Below are positions 1-5,641 of a stretch of 31,239 nucleotides of DNA, one piece after another (position 1 is the first letter of the stretch; every line of letters begins with the position of its first letter). The stretch covers positions 1 to 31,239 of IMG/VR virus record IMGVR_UViG_3300043220_000065. One strand, written 5' to 3'. The DNA comes from a virus (taxonomy: Duplodnaviria; Caudoviricetes). The translations under genes were made by a program, and so were the position numbers. Under the pieces are notes generated by a model, which had not been told where the DNA came from, did not search any database, and was given only the letters and a program-made list of their open reading frames with translations.

Positions 1-214
1 ACTCTCTATCTATTCCAACACAATAGCCCAAAGGTCTGGAATTTCCCACTTTCCCTTGACTAGCCTAGCACCCCCCTCCCATACCCACATTCACCCATCA
101 CACGCTACCTCTAATAACTATATATACATCTATAAGATACATCACATAACTAGACCGCAAAAACAGCACGTTTATTTCCAGTAAGACAATGAATAAAAAG
201 AAGATAAGTACAAG

Positions 215-314
215 TTGACAAATTATGTCCATGAAGTTGACAAATTACGTCACCTCGCCATCTTTTCTTGACAAATTATGTCAACATTCTAAAAAGGTTG
301 ACACTTTTTGTCAC
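215..314. repeat. Array of four 17-bp palindromic boxes, TTGACA-N5-(T/C)GTC(A/C)(A/C)
   Basis: TTGACAaattaTGTCCA 215-231; TTGACAaattaCGTCAC 237-253; TTGACAaattaTGTCAA 268-284 (perfect dyad arms); TTGACActtttTGTCAC 298-314. Confidence 0.85.
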
Positions 315-325
315 TCTCACCAGCT

Positions 326-350
326 AAAAGCGTTATATCAAAAGCGTTAT
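326..350. repeat. Direct repeat AAAAGCGTTAT x2
   Basis: Copies at 326-336 and 340-350, just after the palindrome array. Confidence 0.7.
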
Positions 351-361
351 TCTATTTCTCA

Positions 362-874
362 TTATCAATAACTTACAGACCTCTTTGCAAGTCGTATCTG
401 GCCTAACTATATGATACTACAGGGCTGTTAACTCGTTAGTTGTGAAGCTACTTATAGTATGTATGTTATCAATAAGATATAAAATGCACTTGAAAAAAGC
501 GGCATATTGCTCCCCATCAAGAGATATATTCTTGATTTACCCCTACTGATAACAAACAGCTTATCGGACCTAGAATGTAGCTTGATGCAACAGGGTTTAT
601 CACGTTCATTATCAATAGGATAACCCTGATTTTAGCCAATTTTGACAATCGAGTTTATCACTATATATATGTATAGGATAGGCTCGATATTGGCAATATC
701 GTCATATGACACTTGCAACCTTGCGTGTTGATAGCAAAGAGGGTTACAACTCTAAAGTGGTTAATGCGTTTGGGTTTCGCACATTATGTTATTGATAATA
801 CAGATGTTTAGTACCTCTGAAATAAGTCGGTTACCTAAAGGTATATAGGAGGGGTAGTTCTTTTTTTATCAATC
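362..874. promoter_or_regulatory. Dispersed TTATCAATA/TATTGATAA boxes, IHF-site-like
   Basis: TTATCAATA at 362-370, 466-474 and 609-617; TATTGATAA at 790-798; variants at 544-552, 726-734 and 866-874. 363-375 TATCAATAACTTA matches the IHF consensus WATCAANNNNTTR. Confidence 0.5.
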
Positions 875-901
875 TATATAGAGCAGTCGGTGGGTGCCAC
901 G

Positions 902-1090
902 CTACCTCTTCAACTTGTGCAATACGTCTTTGCGAATGAGCTTGTCATAAGCTGTGTTGCCTATCAATCCAATGGGACGCGCCAGCACATAACGTCCGTC
1001 TCCCTTAGCATCGTCGTCCACTATTCTGTGGTCGGACCCGTGGATACAGATAGTGCCATCGTTGCGGACGTGCATGATTGGCTTGGTCAT
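902..1090 (-). CDS. Small hypothetical protein (62 aa, MTKPIMHVRNDG...)
   Basis: ATG at 1090 preceded by GAGGTG RBS (1097-1102) and by a sigma70-like promoter; the track's upstream TTG start at 1138 coincides with the -35 box. Confidence 0.6.
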   Translation of the reverse strand: MTKPIMHVRNDGTICIHGSDHRIVDDDAKGDGRYVLARPIGLIGNTAYDKLIRKDVLHKLKR

Positions 1091-1110
1091 TGCTCTCACC
1101 TCACGCCACC

Positions 1111-1138
1111 ACTCTAGTCTGACACCGCCGCTAGTCAA
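1111..1138 (-). promoter_or_regulatory. Sigma70-type promoter TTGACT-16-TAGAGT
   Basis: Minus-strand -35 at 1138-1133 and -10 at 1116-1111, directly upstream of the RBS of 902..1090. Confidence 0.55.
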
Positions 1139-1323
1139 TAGGAAAATGGTAGGGGGTCGGACTAGGACGGCCTACTAGACACAGATGCACCCAACACAAT
1201 GATGATGGCCAGACAAAAAGACGAAAGACCCCCCTACCCTAAGAGACTCCTTAATAGTATCGTGCAAAAATTTTTTTACCTCAAATTTTTATCAAGTGGT
1301 ATTTATAGAAAGGGTGGTGGGTG

Positions 1324-1332
1324 TGGTATACT
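1324..1332 (+). promoter_or_regulatory. Extended -10 promoter TGgTATACT
   Basis: TG-n-TATACT at 1324-1332, just before a hairpin cluster; no good -35 box. Confidence 0.5.
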
Positions 1333-1335
1333 GTT

Positions 1336-1452
1336 GTCCCCCGAAGGGAGGGCTTACCACGGCCCGTTTGCGGGTGAAATCCCCGCGCGTAATCAACCGC
1401 CACTCTTTGAATCCCGGTCAGGGTGATCGGGGAGGGTGGCGGTTGTGTTTTT
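1336..1452 (+). ncRNA. Candidate ~115-nt small RNA: three short hairpins plus a long terminal hairpin and U-tract
   Basis: Hairpins TCCC/GGGA, GGGC/GCCC and GCGGG-TGAAATC-CCCGC, then CAACCGCCAC...GTGGCGGTTG enclosing CCCGGTCA/TGATCGGG, followed by TGTTTTT. G-U wobbles favour the + strand. Confidence 0.5.
1394..1452 (+). terminator. Intrinsic terminator-like hairpin
   Basis: 10-bp perfect stem CAACCGCCAC/GTGGCGGTTG followed by tgttttt. Confidence 0.55.
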
Positions 1453-1512
1453 ACTCTCAACCAACACGAGAAATACACCCTTTTAGTAGTAACAAGTCGA
1501 GTTGAGTGAGAA

Positions 1513-1588
1513 TGGCGGGCTCAGCGGGATTTGAACCCGCAACCTCTTGATCGACAATCAAGTGCGCTGACCGTTGCGCTATGAGCCC
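1513..1588 (-). tRNA. tRNA-Asp (anticodon GTC), 76 nt, encoded CCA
   Basis: Minus strand folds as GGGCTCA-TA-GCGC-AACGGTCA-GCGC-A-CTTGA-TTGTCGA-TCAAG-AGGTT-GCGGG-TTCAAAT-CCCGC-TGAGCCC-G-CCA; discriminator G73 fits Asp. Confidence 0.97.
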
Positions 1589-2211
1589 ATCGAGATATTT
1601 TTGTCGATCTCTTGAGTTACCTTGCCCACGATCCTCGGGCCGAAGAATTCCAACTTCTCGGTGTCAAAAACATCTCCATGAGAGCTACTGGACAAGTCAA
1701 AATCGTTCTCCTTGTCGTAGTTCACATACCTGGGATCATCTCCCTTGTACCCGACTGCTCCCATGCGGCCCCAAGGGTGAAAGGGTATCCAGCGGGCTAT
1801 TCTTACTGCTTTGTCTGATGGTGAGTGCCATACGTGAACGCGCTGGACTGTCGGCCCAACTCTGGTCTTCCTCCCCTTGGTGTTGAGCGCAGGGTTCATA
1901 AAGACCAGTTGTGTGAATGGCGCTCCCAACCAACTTGACAGTCGTAGAATAGGGCAGCCATTTGAGTGTCCGACTCCTATCAGATGTGTCCCGCCGGCCA
2001 AATCTTTTTGCAGTTCCGCCAGCGCCTTTGCCCAGCCAACCCACGATAAAGCTAGTTTCTTATTGGCTCGGGTGAGAGTAGGGAAAGCCGTCCAGCCGTA
2101 GTCAAGCTCATAGACCCGGTAGTTCGCTCGGTAGAAATAGGGCTTCAGTTTGTCGGTCGAGCCTTTCCCACCCTTGGACGCGAAACCATGTACTAGAAGA
2201 ACTGTTGCCAT
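1579..2211 (-). CDS. Alpha/beta-fold serine hydrolase (esterase/lipase-like)
   Basis: VLLVHGF oxyanion motif, GHSNG nucleophile elbow (GxSxG), candidate Asp (SPSD) and His (SSHG); GAGGTG RBS at 2217-2222. Confidence 0.85.
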   Translation of the reverse strand: MATVLLVHGFASKGGKGSTDKLKPYFYRANYRVYELDYGWTAFPTLTRANKKLALSWVGWAKALAELQKDLAGGTHLIGVGHSNGCPILRLSSWLGAPFTQLVFMNPALNTKGRKTRVGPTVQRVHVWHSPSDKAVRIARWIPFHPWGRMGAVGYKGDDPRYVNYDKENDFDLSSSSHGDVFDTEKLEFFGPRIVGKVTQEIDKNISMGS

Positions 2212-2225
2212 GTTGTCACCTCGTT

Positions 2226-2399
2226 AAAAAAGGAGGACTGTGGAAACGGTATCTGCAAACTAGCGTTTAGCCAGCAGATCGGCGTTAAAAAAGCCGAAAC
2301 GTCACCGCGCATACACTGGTTTCTGCCATCTGCCTTATTCTCACACTGGATTACTCCCGTGCGCTTATTCGGCAGCGCCCGTCTCCAACCAGTCCTCCT
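2226..2399 (-). ncRNA. Candidate ~170-nt multibranched structured RNA or leader of unknown class
   Basis: Ends pair: AGGAGGACTG (2231-2240)/CAGTCCTCCT (2390-2399), extended by a 9-bp helix with a G-U pair on the - strand. Internal hairpins include GGA-GTAA-TCC, TCGGC/GCCGA and TCTGC/GCAGA. Ends in a U6 run. Confidence 0.65.
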
Positions 2400-2421
2400 A
2401 GCACCAGATTGTTACCTACTC

Positions 2422-2450
2422 ATTCTAACATACAAGTTGACTTGTTTCAA
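2422..2450 (-). promoter_or_regulatory. Strong sigma70-type promoter TTGAAA-17-TAGAAT (extended TG) with a dyad in the spacer
   Basis: Minus-strand -35 at 2450-2445 and -10 at 2427-2422; palindrome ACAAGT-TG-ACTTGT at 2432-2445. Confidence 0.7.
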
Positions 2451-2488
2451 ACCGCATCGTAGTAGTGTAAGCGAGAAAGGTGATGTGG

Positions 2489-2596
2489 ATGTTCAGCGAC
2501 TTGTTCAAACTACTCATAACAGGGTTTTTCACCCTTCTCGTTTTTGTCGTCCTCCTCTTCTGGATGCGGTACGGTCGGGGTCAGAAACCGCGATGA
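2489..2596 (+). CDS. 35-aa single-pass membrane microprotein (not in ORF track)
   Basis: MFSDLFKLLITGFFTLLVFVVLLFWMRYGRGQKPR*; AAGGTG RBS at 2477-2482; its TGA overlaps the GAGGAG RBS of the next gene. Confidence 0.65.
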   Translation: MFSDLFKLLITGFFTLLVFVVLLFWMRYGRGQKPR

Positions 2597-2605
2597 GGAG
2601 CGAAA

Positions 2606-2863
2606 ATGGCAAGGGAACAGTGGAGTTGGAGTTGGTGGTGCCCGGTTTGCAATAAGTATATAGGTGGAGCAGACGCCATACGTTTGGAAAACAACATCGA
2701 AGGCCACATCTACTTCCATGAATTCCTCGCCCGAATCCGCTTTGTGAACGAGAGCTTCGAAAATGGCTGGGATTCAAAATTCTACGACACTCTGTTTCTT
2801 CGTAGTTGCGGGATCAAAGAAGAAAGCGTACTATCCGAGCCGCGAGTAGGAATTAAACGATGA
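2606..2863 (+). CDS. Hypothetical protein with a C2H2-like zinc finger
   Basis: CPVC...HIYFH; GAGGAG RBS; ATGA overlap with the next gene. Confidence 0.65.
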   Translation: MAREQWSWSWWCPVCNKYIGGADAIRLENNIEGHIYFHEFLARIRFVNESFENGWDSKFYDTLFLRSCGIKEESVLSEPRVGIKR

Positions 2864-3393
2864 AAAAGCCCGTTCCAGCCGCCCCTTTCGACACTGACGT
2901 ACCAATGAAGCGCAGGGCCTCGTGGACTTCTGACAAAATCCGCTTCCACATCCCCTACGTTGCTACTCATATTGCTCGTATCGTCACGCAAAACCTAATG
3001 GATTACGAAGCCGCTGCCAAACAGATTCTTGAGGCGAAGGAAGTCGATTACGCGGTTGGGAAATTGGCCGAGAAGCTTGAGAATGAGCCGCATATCCAGG
3101 CAGCCATTCAGAAGGAACTATCAACCTCCGGGCTAGATGACGCTTCCCAGGCCGAATTCCTAAAGGAAGTCTGGTTCCAATTCCGTCATGGACAAAAAGA
3201 CCTCAAAAAGGTCGCCATGCAAGTCCTTGCCAAAGGATTCATCACTGATAAAGCCGGTGACGACAAGCCCCAACCTCTGCGAATCGAAGGAATGGAGGCT
3301 GGCGTAAAAAAGATGGGCCTTTTTGACAAGGAAGAACCTGGGAATACGGGGGGTGCTCCTCCTGCTGCTCCCGGCAGCGAGTCTGTAAATTAG
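2860..3393 (+). CDS. Hypothetical protein, probable terminase small subunit
   Basis: 177 aa, helical-looking, two genes upstream of the large terminase; function inferred from position only. Confidence 0.5.
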   Translation: MKKPVPAAPFDTDVPMKRRASWTSDKIRFHIPYVATHIARIVTQNLMDYEAAAKQILEAKEVDYAVGKLAEKLENEPHIQAAIQKELSTSGLDDASQAEFLKEVWFQFRHGQKDLKKVAMQVLAKGFITDKAGDDKPQPLRIEGMEAGVKKMGLFDKEEPGNTGGAPPAAPGSESVN

Positions 3394-3402
3394 GAGGCTA
3401 TC

Positions 3403-3690
3403 ATGCCACTCGGACCTGGAATGTTTCGTGACATTATGCGTCGTCCTGGAGGGAATCTCTATGGAGGGAAGCCAGCGGGTCGGCGTCGTGGTTATCTCAG
3501 GCCCCAGCCTCGAACTGCCCCTACTCCCCGTGAACTCCCGCGTCCTGCTGGTGGTGTAATGGGTCCGCCTAGAAGTCGTCGCCAGCGATTCGGCCTGAAC
3601 TTCGATGGTTTCGGCCCTGGCAAAACCAGACGCGGCGGCGGGTTCGACTCTCTTCGCCAGTTCGTACCAAAACTGAGACAATATCTCTAA
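3403..3690 (+). CDS. Small Arg/Gly/Pro-rich basic protein
   Basis: AGGAGG RBS; TAATG overlap with the terminase start; low-complexity basic sequence. Confidence 0.65.
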   Translation: MPLGPGMFRDIMRRPGGNLYGGKPAGRRRGYLRPQPRTAPTPRELPRPAGGVMGPPRSRRQRFGLNFDGFGPGKTRRGGGFDSLRQFVPKLRQYL

Positions 3691-5264
3691 TGGATGCCAC
3701 TGCTGCTTCCCTTTCTGACATTCGAGAGCGCCTTGGTGAGTTGCGTCCGTCTCAGAAAGAATTCCTCTTCTCCCCTGAGCCCTACAGCATGCTCTTTGGT
3801 GGCTGGGGATCGGGCAAGACCACAATTGGTTGTGTAAAGGGTCTCATACTCTCAGCCGCCTACCCCAACAACTTTGGACTGATTGGCCGCTACCACGCTA
3901 CCGACCTAGAAGACTCCACCATGCCGGTGTTTTTTGAGTTATGCCCTGAAAAATGGATCAAACCGGGTGGTTGGAAAAAGGCCCGCAAAACCCTCACCCT
4001 TAAAAACGGCTCCGTTATCATCTTCCGTCATATCCACGACCCCAATCCCAAACGCCGGCACATTACCTCAACCAACCTGGGCTGGTTCTTCATCGACCAA
4101 GTAGAAGAGATCGAAATCCAGCACTGGAACACTCTTATCGGTCGTCTCCGTCGGAAAGAAGCCATCAAACGTTTTGGGTTTGGCGGCGGAAACCCCAACG
4201 GCAAGGACTGGATTTATGACAGCTTCTACAAGGGCTACCATCCTTTTGCCGAAAACGAATTCTACCAGACCCATCGTGAAGGATCGCGTCTTGGAATCGC
4301 CGTCCGCAGCGAGGAAAATGCCAAATCAAATGGCGGTTTTGTGGATGATGACTACTTCGCTCAACTCCGCGATCAAATGGAGCCCGCGTGGGTTCGTCGT
4401 TATCTTGACTGTTCCTTCGAGGAGTTCTCCGGCAAAATTTGGAGCGAGTACAGCCTCACTTCCATCCACAACATCAAGCCCTTTTCTATCCCCTCTCACT
4501 GGAACATGGTGATCGGAATCGACGTTGGTGGGGATCATCCTTGGTCAGTTGTGGCCGATGCTATCGACGAGCAAGGAAACATGATTACCACCAAGGAATT
4601 CTTCAAACCCAGCGTGAACGTCGCCGAGGTTGCAACCTGGATCAAAACAAATCTCCCTTGGAACACTGGCAGATGTCTGTTTGTAATCGACCATGAAAAC
4701 AAGTTGGCGATGCTTGAACTCGCCCAAGACCACGGAATTATCTGTCGCCCAGCCATCAAAAAAGTCCACCCTGGTATCCTTCGCGTTGGCGGGTATGTCC
4801 ACGTCCGACCAAAGCCACCTTTTGCAGATTCTATTCTCCCCAACTGGTACAAGGAAACCCAGCCTCCCGCCGACTATGCAAAATGGTCGAAAGTGGGCTC
4901 TCCGAAGTGGTTCATCATGTCGAATGTCGTTCATACTCGCCGAGCATTCGACCGATATATCTGGGATCCGAAGAATCCAAAGAAACCGCTCAAGAAAGAA
5001 GACGACCCTTGTGACGCTCGCAGATATTCTACAATGGCTCGTCCGCCGGTTTCGAAACTTCCTGTGCTCAATGAAAAACGCGAATGGCTGAAAAAGGCCG
5101 ACCCTGTTTCTGCAAAAGAATGGGCTGCGCTGGATCGTCGAATCGCAATTAGGATGCGAAGGTTTGGCGGGCGTGGTAGGCTGGATGAGTCGATGAGAGA
5201 TGAAACGACACCGCCGAGTCTTGCTGCGAGTAGAGTTAGTGGAAAGTATGATTGGGGGGACTAG
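3690..5264 (+). CDS. terL: Terminase large subunit
   Basis: Q motif (RPSQ), Walker A GGWGSGKT, Walker B WFFIDQVEE, coupling motif GGNP, nuclease motifs GIDVGG and DDPCDA. Confidence 0.95.
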   Translation: MDATAASLSDIRERLGELRPSQKEFLFSPEPYSMLFGGWGSGKTTIGCVKGLILSAAYPNNFGLIGRYHATDLEDSTMPVFFELCPEKWIKPGGWKKARKTLTLKNGSVIIFRHIHDPNPKRRHITSTNLGWFFIDQVEEIEIQHWNTLIGRLRRKEAIKRFGFGGGNPNGKDWIYDSFYKGYHPFAENEFYQTHREGSRLGIAVRSEENAKSNGGFVDDDYFAQLRDQMEPAWVRRYLDCSFEEFSGKIWSEYSLTSIHNIKPFSIPSHWNMVIGIDVGGDHPWSVVADAIDEQGNMITTKEFFKPSVNVAEVATWIKTNLPWNTGRCLFVIDHENKLAMLELAQDHGIICRPAIKKVHPGILRVGGYVHVRPKPPFADSILPNWYKETQPPADYAKWSKVGSPKWFIMSNVVHTRRAFDRYIWDPKNPKKPLKKEDDPCDARRYSTMARPPVSKLPVLNEKREWLKKADPVSAKEWAALDRRIAIRMRRFGGRGRLDESMRDETTPPSLAASRVSGKYDWGD

Positions 5265-5267
5265 AAA

Positions 5268-5633
5268 ATGTTTGGACTGAAAATCATCAGCAAAACCGAG
5301 TACACATTCTTCCTCGCTCGAATCGTCACTCTCGAAGCCGTCGAGGAAAAAACTCGTGACTATATCAGTACTCTCTGGAAGAAAATCGACGAGGAACGCG
5401 ACCGTGCCGATAGATTGACCGACAATCTTCTCAACCAGAACGGTCTTATGGGGGTGAGTGAGGTGACTCGTGAGGATGCCAAGGAACGCGCTAAGGCTGC
5501 TGGTGTACTATCTGAGTCCCTTAAAGAAGTCTTCGCAACCGAAACGACTTTGCCAGGGGAGACACCTGTTGTTAGTCCTGAAGAAGAGGTGGAGACGGCT
5601 AAGAAGGAAGCGGAACCTGTAGCCGCAAAGTGA
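5268..5633 (+). CDS. Hypothetical protein between terminase and portal
   Basis: Tightly packed ORF with RBS, coiled-coil-like segment and acidic tail. Confidence 0.7.
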   Translation: MFGLKIISKTEYTFFLARIVTLEAVEEKTRDYISTLWKKIDEERDRADRLTDNLLNQNGLMGVSEVTREDAKERAKAAGVLSESLKEVFATETTLPGETPVVSPEEEVETAKKEAEPVAAK

Positions 5634-5641
5634 GGTAGATC

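Noticed and set aside
215-314. Palindrome array as a CRISPR array
   Set aside because: Repeats are 17 bp with irregular 5-14 bp gaps, and no cas genes are present
362-874. TTATCAATA as DnaA boxes
   Set aside because: Two mismatches to TTATCCACA; the IHF-like reading fits better
890-1117. 75-aa plus-strand ORF
   Set aside because: The opposite-strand ORF 902..1090 has the RBS and promoter
1482-1490. Third copy of the TAGTAGT promoter-like motif
   Set aside because: Lacks the preceding CG and the upstream AGTTG, and points antisense into the tRNA
1453-1512. tRNA-associated theta/HDV-like ribozyme downstream of the tRNA
   Set aside because: No nested pseudoknot pattern recognisable by eye, and the CCA is already encoded; not tested computationally
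1513-1588. Suppressor tRNA or stop-codon recoding
   Set aside because: The anticodon is GTC, and TAA, TAG and TGA all end tightly packed genes under the standard code
2226-2399. Structured RNA as a retron msr/msd or 6S RNA
   Set aside because: No reverse transcriptase in the window, no long msd hairpin, and the fold is multibranched rather than a rod with a central bubble
3160-3825. 221-aa minus-strand ORF and the many other short overlapping ORFs in the track
   Set aside because: They overlap well-supported genes in other frames and lack RBS or motif support
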